Origin: Zootoca vivipara
Taxonomy: Eukaryota
Direction of reading: 5' to 3'
Assembly (NCBI RefSeq): GCF_963506605.1
Contig: NC_083282.1
Coordinates: forward strand, 45,198,001 to 45,262,000
DNA length: 64,000 nt
Shown: positions 1 to 13,615 of the stretch, one piece after another
Layout: each line of letters starts with the position of its first letter
Numbering within the stretch: the stretch's first letter is position 1
Notes under the pieces: model-generated
What the model was told of the DNA's origin: nothing
Databases searched by the model: none
What the model saw: only the letters and a program-made list of their open reading frames with translations
Position numbers and translations under genes: made by a program

Positions 1-3000
1 CAGAAATCGCTGAAGAAATGTGAAGGAAATACCACACTATACAAAGGTGCTTGGGTTACAAAAAGATATTTTCATCAGCGTAGGATGAAAGAAAATTGAA
101 AGGAATTGTTTGAACCTGTTTTCAGGATCAGTTACTTTGTGGTAACAGCTATTGAACTCCCCTCAACTTTTTAGCTGGCTATGCATTCAAAGACTGAATC
201 AGAAGCTAAAGTTACAAATATCTCAGATTTAATGCATCACTGATTCCTCAAACTGTCTTTGGGATAGATGGGGTATTCCTTATGAAGGAATTAGAAAATG
301 TCTAGAGATGCTTGGCCAACAACACATAATCTGAAAACTTGTACCTTCCTTGCCTTCATTCTTGTAGCATTCTTCGACCCAAATTTATTTGGTGACCTTT
401 TTTTAAAGTTTTAATTGAAACTTGTGGAGTCAGAAAGTATTCTGTTTTAGGATAGTGTGACATAAGCAGACACAGTGCTTGTTGTCTAGTTTGCCGTCAT
501 AGGAGCTCATCTTCCTACTTTGAATTTGTGTGATACAGGGAAGTGGAACTTCCAGGCTGGGGTCCAAATATGATCCTCCAAGAATCTCTGTCTAGCCCAT
601 AGGACCCTCCCCAGGCCACACAACCTTCTGAGCCCCGCTGCTCATCAACCCTGCTTTGCATCCTTCTTAAGTGTTTTTGCTGGCTAGAATGTGTCCTGAA
701 AAGGCTTCTTGCTTGAGTTAGATGGAACATAGAGAAGAATGCTTGAGTGTGTAAAAAAAGTAGCCTACTGCACAAAAGCAAAAATCCACATTTATTGCTC
801 TCTGCCCACATTTGGCTCTAGCCCTGCCCACCATTGGCATGTGGCCCCAAGAAGGTTGCCTAGAAGGGAATGCGGCCCTTGGGTTGAAAAAGGTTTCCCC
901 AGCCCTGGAAGAATGACGTGGACAAAGGAGATAACTGCTGAGGACTTCTATTTCTGAGGTTAACATAAAGAGCAGATCTTTGGGAAATATTTGTAGAGGG
1001 GTATGCCAGTAGGACTGCTGTTCTTCAACTGTCTATCAAACACGTATTCCCCTCTGGCCCAGCGCAGGTTTATCCACTGGCATGTATTTTTTTACAACTT
1101 GATAGAAATTCCCACTCCAAAAATTTATAACTGGCCTCTCTTTGTTGCAGGAGTGCCCAGCCAACAGTCTTCATTCCACACCTTCAGCAATGTAGCTGAA
1201 ATCAAAGAGTTTCGGAAGAGGCTGCTCACTTGGTACAACAAATGCAAACGAGATCTTCCTTGGAGGAAATTGGTATGGCATATTGAGCTGGGCTTCTAGG
1301 ATGCTCAGAAATATCTCAGAAGAGAGAGACAATTGTTTTGCTGTGTCCTGTTCCCTGAAGTCCCCTGTTCACTCTTTTACAGGCTGCAAGTGAAGATGAT
1401 GCTGACAGACGAGCATATGCTGGTGAGAGCAAGAACCCTCAGGAATTCTGCTGGGGATTCCGGACATCTACCTGCATTCAGGGGTGCTCTAGAGATAAAT
1501 GCCACTGTCCTAGTGGCAGCTGCAATGTGGTGGTATCAATTTTACTGCTGAGAAAAATACTTCGAATTGTGGCACCTTATTCCAAAAAAGGACATTGGTG
1601 TTCGGCTTTGCTAGAGATCCCCTAGTCAGATCATGGCACTTGACTTTTGGCAGCAGTATAATATTTAAGGGGCAAGATAGACCCGCATGCAGAACTAGTT
1701 ATCTCCAACTAAACAGTCCCCCTGGGATACAAAAAGGTTGCTTAACCTCTTACAGTTGCCTTTAAAGTATATTGAGCAGCACATCCTCTCCCACGTGCCA
1801 TGCAGAACAAGGAAGGTACAGTATCAGAATCCCTGATGCACCTGCTTTCTCTTTGTGCCTGCAGTGTGGGTATCGGAGATAATGCTCCAGCAGACCCAGG
1901 TGGTTTCAGTGATCAACTACTACAATCGCTGGATGCAGGTGATGCTGAGATCCTTTTATCTCTGTGGCATGCTCTGTTGTGCATTAGCTCCTGAATTCTG
2001 GATCTTGTATCCATTGTGCTTTGGAGACCTTGTAAACAAGTCCCTGTTTCCTTTTTGATACAGAAATGGCCAACCTTGCAGGACCTGGCTCAGGCTTCAC
2101 TAGAGGTAAGGATGAGAATGCAATATTTTGTGTGTGTTCATGCATGAATATTTGAATGGAACATGCAGCTTTGCTCTCCCCCCCTTTAAAAAAAGGATTT
2201 AAATACATTTTTTAAAAAATACGGAAATACCCAAAAAATCCACAAAAATGAAATAGCAAAAAATTAATACACTAAACAAAAGCAATCATTATTGGTCTGG
2301 TCTAATATCTTTTTCTTAATCTTTCTATTTGGAAATAGGAGGTGAATGAGCTATGGGCAGGGCTTGGCTACTATTCCCGAGGGAAGCGACTCCAAGAAGG
2401 TGCACATAAGGTACTCTATAGGCAGTGGGTCAAGACACAAGGCATTTTTGCAAGAAGATAGTTCCCTTTATGTCTTGTGTTTACGGAAAGAAAGATTTTC
2501 TAATAGCCACGTATGTTAGAACCAGGTGCAAAATACTGTAACTAGCTACTGTAGTTATTGTACTACCTAGTCTAATTGGGAGTCCAAGTAGGAATAGCAA
2601 AGTGTTATTAGATGGTAAGGTGGGAACCCCAAATAGTTTACTCTTGAGGTCCTAAGCATAGTGCCTTCCTAAAACTCAGGGCATAGTTTGTAGGATATGT
2701 ACAGTATATCCAAAATCCCCTAATGTTTGTATCCCACCCTTCCTCCAAGAGGCGATGGGTAGTATTTTAGTCTCGATATCTTATCAGCAGAAAGGCCACC
2801 TTCTTCTTAATGTGCTGCTCAGATTGTGCTATAGAAACATGGAGCTCTGATACTGCTTCAGTCACTGAACCCTATATCAGTGTTTCCCAACCTTGTGCCT
2901 CCAGACGTTTTCGGACTACAATTGCCATCATTCCTGACCACTGGTCTTGCTAGCTAGGGATGATGGGAGTTGTAGTCCCAAAACATCTGGAGGCACAAGG

Positions 3001-6000
3001 TTGGGAAACACTGCCCTATATAGTGGCAGCAAGGGCATCCCAATTGTTAGCCCCATCTGCAATGGTAGGTGCTTCTTCAGTGAAAGCCAACCTATTCCTA
3101 TTGCAATAGAGCAGGGAGCTAGGAAGGTTCTGCAATAGTTTCTTCCAAGGACAGCAGTGCCACATCCTCTGGCTGGAGAAACACTGCTCTCACAGGCTCA
3201 TCAGATAGAAGTACTTTTGGGGCTGGCCCTTCATTCCCTTTCCCTCCTGCTTCAGAGTCCTCAACCTCATCCCCTGAAGAAGGGGAATCTGACTCCAGGA
3301 TCATGACACCTTAAAGGGATGTTGGAAGTTTTAACGGTGTGCCTAAGAACCACCAGAGATGGTGCTTTTGAGTGACAATGCCCCTGTATGGCTTCAACTG
3401 GTTTTTGGGTTTTTTTGCAGTTGGTGTCACAGATGGAAGGACATATGCCCAGGACAGCAGAAGAGCTGCAGAAGCAGTTGCCAGGAGTTGGAAAGTACAC
3501 TGCAGGAGCTATTGCATCCATAGCGTTTGGTCAGGTAATGAGGTTGGGCAGATTTGCTTTAGGAATATGCACAAAGGAATATTACCCAATCTGGCTTTGG
3601 GATTTTGAGTCCTTAGTCAATCTAGAGGGCCAGACACTTCTTATCTCCTTTCCCTTTGCAGCTGATGTTCACTCTTGTGTTTCCGTTGATGCCCCTAAAA
3701 ACAGTGAATTGGCTACTGATTCCCTCACTGATAGAGCTAGAACAAGTAGGAACAAATAGGAAGATCTCAGCCAAGGAAGTGGTGTGTAATTTAGATTTCT
3801 GCTCTGTATGGCATGACTTCATAACCTGTGTAAATGAAAAGAAAGAGTATCAATACCTTTCTAACCCTGTGACTGGAAGAAAGACTAAATTGTGGCTAGT
3901 CTTGGTCATCAGTCCTGAAGAGTAGCTTCCTTTTGTACAATACAAACACAAACCATACAGAGGTGGTGTCTGGCAAGAGAAACAAATATTAATACAGAAT
4001 TTAATATGGTCTCTAGACATTACCGTACTATCTAAGCCACTAAATAATGACTTGTACCTCTGTGCACTCTGCTTCAAACCAAAGACTTCCTGAACCATAC
4101 TTGATATCCTAGCCACTACGTAATCTCAACTTTCCATGGATCCACAGAGTGAATTTGATGCAGCCAGAGGGCCCTCAGTGGCCTAGTTGGGCTCTTCAGT
4201 AGCTCTGTCAGCAGCCCTTAATGGAGGCTGGAGCAGAAGTTGTCGCAAGTACAGTAATGGTTGCGTTGCTGTTTTGTCCAATGCATCCAGGTGACCGGTG
4301 TGGTGGATGGGAATGTAATTCGGGTCTTGTGTCGTACACGAGCCATTGGTGCTGACCCTGCCAATGCATCTGTGGCTGACAGACTCTGGTAAGGGAAGGA
4401 ATGGGGTTGGGATGGTGCAACCATCAGCTTTAGGACCTGAGAGTCAGGAAAGGACAATAGCTTTTGGAAGATAAAAGTATTTTGTTCCTCCTTCCCCATC
4501 AGATATCCAAACTGGAGACAACACTTACTTGCAAAATCTAAACTGTTCACAGCCAGTCCCTAATTGCATATAGTGGACTTGCAGTTGGTCTCCCCATGCT
4601 GGTAGTGGCCCTACACACACATATGAATTTGAACTCTTAAGCTCAAAAACATAATGAATTAGCAGTTCAATCAGCAAACCAGGAGCTGTACACACACCCA
4701 GAGAAGTAGGGGTGAATAATGCAGTCCTTCACATGTAAGAAGGTTCCATTCAAATCAATGGGAATCCTAACTAAATGTTTGTTGGCTCAAGAGGAAGAGT
4801 TAGGTGCTGTGTAGAGAATGACAGAGGGCAGAGAATTTAGAAATGCTGCTCTTCCTCTTTTGGAAACTCCCCATTACTGATTGCTGAGCTTTTACAGAAT
4901 GCTGGTTTCTAGAGCCTGCTCTAAAGTTAGGGAGCAGGTAGCCTCCTCCCTAAGAAATGCTTCCCTACAGCGCAGAGCGACAGCTGGCAGCCCCAGGGCA
5001 GTTTTTGTGCAAAACTAGCACCTTTCTCTGTCTCTTTTTTTCACTGTCAGCTCTCTCCCATCGATGCGGTTGTAGATCAAGAAAGCTCTGGAGTTGTTTT
5101 CTTTCAAGCTGCTGCTTTAGAAAGACTTGTTATGCTTGCTAATGTAGGCTGCTGTCGTTCTTAGGGCTTTAGCACACACTCTGGTGGACCCATCCTATCC
5201 CGGTGACTTTAACCAAGCGATGATGGAATTGGGGGCAACTGTGTGCACTCCCAAGGCCCCACGGTGCATGGAGTGTCCCGTGAAGCAGCACTGCAGAGCA
5301 CGCCACAAAGTAAGGGAGCTCCTCCTTTATACCCTTTTCTGTTCCCCATGCTCTGGTGTTTTGCTGTGGAGTCAGATTATTATTATCTGTTGGGAAAGAA
5401 GAGCCATTTCCTGCAAAACTCCCTGAACAATTTAACACTCCTTGTACACATACCACACAGATATTGTATGGGGGTTCTGCATGTGTGTCTGCATGTCTGC
5501 TCAGAAGTACTTTGTTCAGTGGTGTTACTCCCTAGTGAGTGTGTTTAGGAATGCTGCCGTGCACATAAATTCCCTTGGAGTTCGTTCAATTTCATATGTT
5601 TGGATTTCCTCCTGAGCAGAAATACAGTCTAACAAAGCCACCTATTGATGCTTCATTATAATCTCTTCAGTTAATCATATTCTAAATTGTGGATCCTTCC
5701 TAGTTCCTTTCACATAACCAGGCCCACTTCATCTCTCTTCTTAAATTGTTCCATAGACAACACAGATGTGCATCCTATTCTGTCCTTGGGTTTGGTCTCA
5801 ACTTTGGAATCATCGCTAATGTTAAGACTAAGGACATGGGAGTTCTAGAAGAAGCCTCAAGTACTTGCACAGTCCCCCCACCTCTGTGTTCACTGATGGT
5901 TTCAACCTTTTCCTGCAGGTGGAGAAAGAGCAGGCAGCCTCTGCCAAGAAACTGTTAGGGAAACCTGCTTCTAAGTGCCCCCAGGTGCTGGATGTAGAAG

Positions 6001-9000
6001 AATGTGGTAAGCGCATTACCAGGTTGGTGGTTTGGAATTATTACAAGGTGGGAAAGCTCTCAGATCTCGACCTCCAGCAAATCTCTACCTTCTCTTCCCA
6101 ATTCCACCAGCAGCCCTTCTTTATGTAGGGTAGCAGATGCAAGAAGGAGGGGGAAGAACCACAGCCATCTTCTGTTGCCAGCAAATTAAGCCCCCCACCC
6201 ACCCAAAAACCAAACATACTAAATCCAGATCCATTTTTAAGGAGAAAACGTGGCCTTTTTATTTGAGCAGGCTTTTGTGATGGTTTATGAGAGTGCTGCT
6301 GTGATGAATGGTTTTTGATGAGGTCTCCATAATGGTTTTTGATGAGGCCATGAGAGGCGTGGCCTTTGGAGAGTTCCGAGGCGTCCAATAGAGAAGCCTG
6401 GATGACTGGAGGTTTCCCACCCTGGTATAGAGCTATTGACTAGACTGGCTCTTGTGCTGTTGCCAGCAGTTCAGAGCCAGGCATCTCATCTGTTTAATTC
6501 TTCTGATTTGTAGCCGCTGCCACCACAGGGAGCTGCTCCCTCTGCCTGCCTCCTTCAGAGCCATGGGATCCCAGCCTTGGTGTGACCAACTTCCCCAGGA
6601 AAACTGCCAAGAAGCAGCCCAGGATCGAATGCACAGCCACATGTGTGCTACAGAGAAAGTGCAGTGATGGGAAACCAGAGTACCTTATTGTGCAGAGACC
6701 TAGTACAGGTAATGGTCTGAGAAAGAGAGGCTTACCATGCCTAGAAAATCTTTTGTTACATCTCCAGCCCCTGTACCCCACCCACGTCAGTGATCATTCC
6801 ATTTTTATGTTGAGGCACATTTATGACTTTGAGCTAATGGTTGCAGAAAATAGATGCCTGCAAGATGGGTCGAGTTTATCTTCCAGTCCATTCCAGGCTG
6901 CTATACTAGGTGCCAGGCGAAAACGTTTCAATATGACCAGGCCTTTGGCTGATTAAGGCTCTATGGTCTTTAAAATGTGATTGTGGGAGGAGGGTTATTG
7001 GTTTTGTTTTATTATGTATCTTGTGTTCTCATTTTGTATTTTTATGTTGTGAACCACCCTGTGGCTTTCAGATGAAGAGTGGTATACACATTTAATAAAT
7101 AGATAGATACCCTGGGCACCCGGACCTGTCTCTGTTATTGAGCATTTTTTCAGCTGTTGAAAAATTAATGCCACAATTGAAGTAAAAGAAAACCAGCTGA
7201 ATTATTTAAGGCATTACTTTCGCCTGCACTAGTCAAGGGAGAGAGCACTCAGCCCTGACTTAGGCATCTACCTTAGGAGCCCTGCTTGTTTACTATGGAA
7301 GCAGTGTTTTCTAAATACATGTCTTGTGCGCCTGATAGAGGGTGGTTATGTTTATAATATGATATTGACAACACAGTATTTATTTAGAGCATTTCCTAGG
7401 TGTTTTGTGTACATTATCCCAGGAATATTTGCGACAACCTTATTTAGATTTTTATTTAGGTTTTAAGATATGACTAAGAATGTGTAACTTTGCCAAAGGA
7501 TACCCAATTTTATATCCAAGATGATTTTTTGAACCAGGGATTTCTAGCTCATAACTCAGGCTCTTAACTACGATACAATATCAGCTTGTGCTGGTGACGG
7601 TACATTTTATTGCAGGTCTGTTGGCAGGGCTTTGGGAGTTTCCAAGCCTCCTCCTTGAGTCAGGGCAGGAGAAGCAGCAGAAAGCAGCGCTGGCAGATCA
7701 CCTCCAGGCCTGGGTTGGCACTAACGTGGCAACAAGACGCCTGCAGCATGTTGGAGAGGTACATTGGACCCCCCCCCCCTCCCTGCAGAATTGGCCCATT
7801 GTTTATACGGGGTCTCTCCAGCAAGTACCTCCCCTCTCGCCGCCATCTCCCCTTGCATGGGATTTACAACCTACAACCTGGGGTGGCATTAGCACCAGAA
7901 TCTCTGTTGCTATTAACTGCCAAACAAAACCTCCAGGATGTGTGCCATGCATGAAGCTGGTTTGATGGGGAAGACAGTTGTTCTATTTTGAAATTGACAG
8001 ATGGAAAGTTTTGCAGTTAAATAGCTGGCGATGAAATTACTGCCCCTGTGAATATCTGGAACAGTATTTGTCAGGATTGAATTAAATCTCACTTCTAGCC
8101 ATCCAGCCCTCAGATTATTTTTGGATTATCACTCAGATTATGCCATAGGCGGGAGAGATTATCATGTCTTGCTAGTCAGCTACTGCCCACCTTAAGCTTG
8201 TCAGCCCCAGTCAATAAAGTGCTGATCCCCCACTCTCTGCCTGCTTCAGTGGTTGCTTGGAGCTCAGAGTATCACTTGACAAGTGGAGTGAACTACTTGA
8301 CCCCCAAAGGCACACTCCTCCATTATCTCCCGAGACAGACGGATGCCAACAGGCTACATTCCAGCCAAACAAAAGTCAGAGGTTTTAATATACATACACA
8401 CACATACTTTCATCCAGACAGGCCAGGAGTGTTATTGCACTTCAAGGCCACATTCCAGCCAGGCAAAAACACTAGGAGGAGTATGGCTGGGGAGGGGTGT
8501 GGAATGGGAAGGAGGCACAACCTAGTGTGAGTCTCAGGGACTGGGAAGAGAAGCCTGGAGAACTGCAGACTGCCTCCAGGCCTGCAGCAGTAGGCTATGT
8601 ACCTGCAGCTTCTTGTCCTGAGACAATGAAGGTTGGGAAGAAGCTCCCAGGTCTCCGTGCAAAGCCCAGCCTCCCTCTATGAGGCTGCAGCTGGGTTTCT
8701 TCATTCCCAAGGAACTTGTCCTCCTTATCTGCCAGAAGGTAGGGAGGGAAGGGATGCTCTGACATAACGATATCTCTCACCTTCCCTAACCACATCTACA
8801 TATCTTCACCTCCTTCACCAGGTTCTCCATATCTTCTCCCACATCCGCCAAACATATGTGATCTACTCTTTGAATCTGGATAAAGATGAAGGAAACTGGG
8901 ACGTGGAGCTGGAGCCGCTGGCATCCCGGTGGGTGACCAAAACAGAATTCCACAACTCTGCCATCTCCGCAGCCATGAAGAAGGTACTGAGAATCTAGAG

Positions 9001-10036
9001 CTTGGTTGCTTCAAGTTTCCCAGTGGACCCACATGTCAATTTCTCCTGAGATATGCAGGTGACGCAACAGCGTGGAATGTTAGCCCCAGCTTCTGGGGAA
9101 ATGCAGACGTTAACTGCAGCTGGAAGTATGACTGAACATAGCTTTCTAGCAAGGGATACACTTGCCCACTTTTAACTGCTTAAGTGTGCTCTGTCTCTTT
9201 CACACTGTCCCTGTGTTTCTGGCTCAAGCAATCAGTAGTTCCAGGGGGCAGCCAATACGTTAAAAACGCCTTTGTACGTAAACAGTTGCAACCTGCCCCC
9301 TTATATGGAGTCAACACCATGTATTCATTATGGTGCTAGATGTGTTATGTGGAGTGTTCTACTTTTCCAGGTCTTGAAAGCTTATGAAAAGTGGAGCTCT
9401 ACAATCAGTACTGCCAAGGTAAGGACATCCATTTGCTAGAGCGGAACAGCTCTTACCTCTCTCTGTGCAACTCCAATCATGTTCCTAGAATAATAATTAT
9501 TATTATTAATAATAATAATTATACCCCGCCCACCTGGCTGGGTTTTCCCAGCCACTCTGGGGGGCTTACAGCATATCTAAAAACCTAATAAAAACATCAA
9601 GAGTTAGAAACCTCCCAATACAGGGCTGCCTTCAGATGTCTTCTAAAAGTTTTGTACTTCTTTATCTTCTTGACATCTGAAGGGAGGGCGTTCCACAGGG
9701 AACAGCATCTCGCCCCTCTGTCTACTGAGCTCCATCGCTGGTCCTGCATGTTTGAGGCTTGCCAACTGCACCTCCTTCCAACCACACTGAGTGGGTCCTG
9801 CTGGTTTGCCTCCACCCTTAGAGTGCTTACCAATGTTAGGCCTGTAAGCAAGAGGCTGGGATTTAGAGGTGGCCGCAGTGCTTTCACTGTCAAATGCATA
9901 TGCATGTGTGACTGTACAGACTGTCAAGAGGAAACGGGACTTCCTACACACCAGCCAGACCCTGCATGAAGAAGGCAGTTTTTCCAAGAGGCAACTTTCT
10001 CTGGATTCATTTCTTGCAGCAAATCCTGGGGACTGA
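1..10036 (+). CDS. MUTYH: Adenine DNA glycosylase MUTYH, spliced CDS with the 5' end outside the window
   Basis: GT-AG exons in continuous frame: <1-46 (weak donor, least certain), 1151-1272, 1383-1422, 1865-1938, 2064-2105, 2339-2410, 3421-3534, 4291-4388, 5165-5309, 5919-6006, 6514-6708, 7616-7758, 8822-8983, 9371-9418, 9920-10036 (TGA). Motifs: [16 protein letters not shown] (catalytic Glu), [10 protein letters not shown], Hh[24 protein letters not shown] (catalytic Asp), 4Fe-4S loop [30 protein letters not shown] loop, C-terminal PIP-like QLSLDSFL. Confidence 0.96.
535..907. mobile_element. Old hAT-like non-autonomous DNA transposon remnant
   Basis: Starts CAGGG and ends CCCTG. The segment near 830-890 resembles the reverse complement of sequence near 30447-30500. 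No clear TSD. Confidence 0.4.
2878..3013. mobile_element. hAT-type MITE (ACTACAANTCCCATCA family)
   Basis: Long TIR CAGTGTTTCCCAACCTTGTGCCTCCAGA and a perfect 8-bp TSD CCCTATAT (2870-2877, 3014-3021). Confidence 0.9.
6905..7105 (+). mobile_element. LINE (L2-like) 3' end fragment
   Basis: Shares TGTTGTGAACCACCCTGTG..TTCAGATGA..GTATACA.ATTTAAT with 55410-55555 and ends in an A/T-rich microsatellite tail. Confidence 0.55.
8199..8764 (-). mobile_element. Candidate solo LTR in a MUTYH intron
   Basis: 566-bp segment bounded by TGTCAG...CTGACA (TG..CA termini, 6-bp inverted ends) with an ATTAAA on the minus strand near 8384. No convincing TSD; orientation tentative. Confidence 0.35.
9490..9702 (-). 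mobile_element. L2-like LINE 3' end
   Basis: (TAA/TTA)n tail, then CCCCGCCCACCTGGCTGGG..CCCAGCCACTCTGGG. The minus ORF carries the LINE C-terminal-like [20 protein letters not shown]. Same family in + orientation at 32455-32597. Confidence 0.7.
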
Positions 10037-10806
10037 TGGCAGTCTCTATGCTCTGCCTGACCTCACGTGAGTACACCTCATTCCACTCCCAGCAACCTTG
10101 TACAACACTTGGAAGCCCCATTGGTGCCTTGTCAATGAGCATCACCGAAAGGTCTCAAGATTCTCGGCTGGGATGACCACACTACCCAGGCAGTGAGGTG
10201 TGCCTGCCTGTTGTAAACAGTGCCAAGTTGCATAATCTTACTAGAGTTCAGGGCTGTGGGATGAGTCCAGTTGTTTCGTCTGTATTACCATTCAGCTGAT
10301 GTGCCTTATCTTACAGTTTCAGAGATGAGGGACTGATCTCCAGCAAGGATGTGGTCATACTGGAATGAAACACTGTGGCTGCAATGAGGGCATCGTGGGA
10401 ATGTTGTGACTTTAAACTGCCCCCCTCCACTCCAATACATAACACAGGCACAATTCAAACAAGTGTGGCTTTAGTGGCTCCTAGGAGGTGGTCAGAGTTT
10501 ATCAGTATGCCACACTGCAGTAAAATGAACTTTTTAAAAAAGTATATGAGGCAGGCTGACTGAAACACTTTTATTCTCCAGTGGATGCTAAGCAGAAAGG
10601 CTCAGTGTCTCTTCTGCATCCTTCTTAAATGTTGCTTTCTTAGAGCTGGTTTATTCTGAAGGACAAGTAACTATGCAATTGCCATTTGCTCACATCCATA
10701 GTCAAGAAAGTGTTTTGCTGCTGTACTAGATGCCACAATTGCTGGAGTTCGCAGATGAAACTGTTTTTCAGTACATGCAGTGTCCTGTTTTAATTGTGGG
10801 TTTGCT

Positions 10807-10812
10807 AATAAA
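10807..10812 (+). terminator. Candidate MUTYH polyadenylation signal AATAAA
   Basis: First AATAAA seen downstream of the MUTYH stop; a second lies at 11124-11129. Confidence 0.4.
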
Positions 10813-12407
10813 ATTTTAATGAATTTTTACTGTGGCAGTTATTTAGATATACTTTCTTCTTCTTTAACTTATTGCATTATTCACACTGTAGCATTGAAAA
10901 TTGGCACACGCCCACACACACACAAACACACACACACACCCAACCTTAAATATTGTACTAGCATGTTGATCTCTGCACAGCCATGTCACTGGCAAGGAAC
11001 CAAGAAAGTCTCTTTAAAAGCAAGCATTCAGAAATCTGTTAATACAAAGGTGGAATATTGTGGAGTTTTCCATTCTTTTCTCACTATTTCTAGTATTTGC
11101 CGTTTCACATGTGAAAAAAGCACAATAAATGACTACTCTATAATCTCCCCATTGCTCCCCTGCAACCAAAAGGGGCACATTGGTAACATTTATCAAAAGG
11201 GTAACTACCCCGCCATAAGCAATTTGGAAAATATGCTATTAGGCATGTCCTTTTTGTAAAGTACAGCTAAGTAGCAGCATCTGTTCCCCAAGATGAAGAA
11301 ACAGCAACTTCATAAAAGCTCACCCACACAGTAAGTGAACACATGAATCAGACCTTGTTCATTGCATGATGTTGATAATAATCAGATTCTAAATATTCTA
11401 AAGTCAGAAGGGAATTAATGCAGAGAAGCATGTAACAAGGTGTTCTATTACAGAACTACAAAGAAATATTTAAAGTTAACACAATTGGGTTTTTAATGCA
11501 AATATAACAAAAAATAGTCTCAACTGATATTGAGAATTTTTTTAAAAAAGATCAACCCTAACTTAAACACATATGTCTTTATTAGTATAAGTAGTCCACA
11601 TGTCCAAATAAATATCCAAAAAAGACTGACAATTGAAATATGTTTAAAACTTAACACAATTGTAACAAAAATTAAGCAAGTTTACTAAAGAAATAAGCTG
11701 TTCTTCAGCTGACTAGCAGGCCAAATTGAAACAGTAAAACATATTACCAACTAGACCTAAAACAGAAAAACCACTATTATACCCAACACTTAAAAGAACA
11801 TTATACTTCAGTGTTATAATTTAAATAACAAGTTACAAATAAATCCTGTAATTTAAATTGTGGTTAATAAACATATTAATGTTTTGCTGTGATCTCATCA
11901 CAAATATACTTGAGACGGAAACCATTCAAGTACTGTAACAATTTTTAAAAAGAGCTTCAGCCCATACGGTAGTTTTGTGCTGAAGAAGATGAATTGCATA
12001 TTATTGAAGAACTCCATTTCCTGTTCTGGGACAATATTGGGCAAGCATCAACCTGATACTACCCCTTTCCATGTTGCTTTAGTCTTTGTCTCTGGAGCCC
12101 CAGATCTACAAGAAATTAGAGCTGGATTTCTATGCTTTCTGTTTGCTTTGCTTGTTCCAGCAGTGAAGCTTGTTGATAGAGATGCAGAATAGAGAAGCCC
12201 TGTTCTAAGAGTATTGACCACACTTGTTTGCAGGCAAGATGCAGTATTCCAATGCCCACCTAGCAAAAACGTGTTCTCTGTCAGAGCTCAAGAGACTTTA
12301 ATGAATTGACTAAATACTTCACCCTCCACGTAATTAAGCAGCATAACAAGGTAGCTGCCTTCGGAGATGTAGGCTCACCTGATATTCACCCTTCTAGTTT
12401 TCAATAT

Positions 12408-12760
12408 AAAGGTAAAGGGACCCCTGACCATTAGGTCCAGTCGTGACCGACTCTGGGGTTGCGCGCTCATCTCGCATTATTGGCTGAGGGAGCCGGCGTA
12501 TAGCTTCCAGGTCATGTGGCCAGCATGACAAAGCTGCTTCTGGCGAACCAGAGCAGCACATGGAAACGCCGTTTACCTTCCCGCTGTAGCGGTGCCTATT
12601 TATCTACTTGCACTTTTTTTAATGTGCTTTCGAACTGCTAGGTTGGCAGGAGCTGGGACCAAGCAACGGGAGCTCACCCCGTCACAGGGATTCGAACCGC
12701 CGACCTTCTGATCAGCAAGCCCTAGGCTCAGTGGTTTAACCACAGCGCCACCTGGGTCCC
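12408..12760 (-). mobile_element. Sauria SINE, full length
   Basis: Reverse complement starts GGGACCCAGGTGGCGCTGTGGTTAAACC (tRNA-derived A box), contains B box GGTTCGAATCCC and ends in an ACCTTT tail. 10-bp TSD TTTTCAATAT (12398-12407, 12761-12770). Confidence 0.93.
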
Positions 12761-13615
12761 TTTTCAATATGGTGTAAGGCAAATTCTGTCCCTCTTATAG
12801 GAGCCCAAAGCTTGACACTGTCTCATCCAATTCTGTGTGCAGTTGTTTTGGATCTACAGAGCCACAAGAGTTCCCAACTAGTCCTTATTGTGCTGCTAGT
12901 CAGGAAGCTGCCAAGTTGCACAGCAGGAATAGTTAGCAAACCATCTTGCATGCTGCGTTTCCAATTAACTGTATTGTTCTAGTGTGTAAATGGGTAAAAG
13001 CAGCATAGGAATTTCCTCTCTTTTTTGGACACTTAACTGGATGGTGGAGATAAACTAAGCGTAAACACTGGTAAAGGCAGAAACAACTTCCTCTTCTGAC
13101 CTTAAAATGGGAATCGCAATGAATTAAGTGAGTGGGGCAATTCACTTGTTTCAGAATCAGGTCCCAAAATAATGGGCTTTGCTGTGGATGTTGCTTGTGC
13201 AGTTCCAGTGCTTGCCCCTTTTTAGGACAGAAATACATGCCATATCTTGCCTTAGGGATGGGAACCTGCAGCCCTGCAGATGTTGCTAAACTCCCAACAT
13301 CTATAGCATGGCCAATGGTCAAGGATGATATGAGTTGTAGCTCAACATCTGAAGGCTCCTTAAAGCCCTTGCATTTTAGCGCTAAGAGAAATAAACATGT
13401 GCACACAGGCCTTGAGGTGCAGCTGCCATCACAATGTTTCTTTGCTATGGTTAGCTCCCAACTCAATAGATCAGCAATGTGTAAAAAGTTCTGATTAGGT
13501 GGGTCATCCAGATCACATGGATACTTTTTACACCAGTGAAAGCAACTCTGGTGGAGGTGCAGAGTCAGTTTAGGAAGTATGTTAGTGATACAACAGGGAA
13601 ACCAACCCCTTAGGA

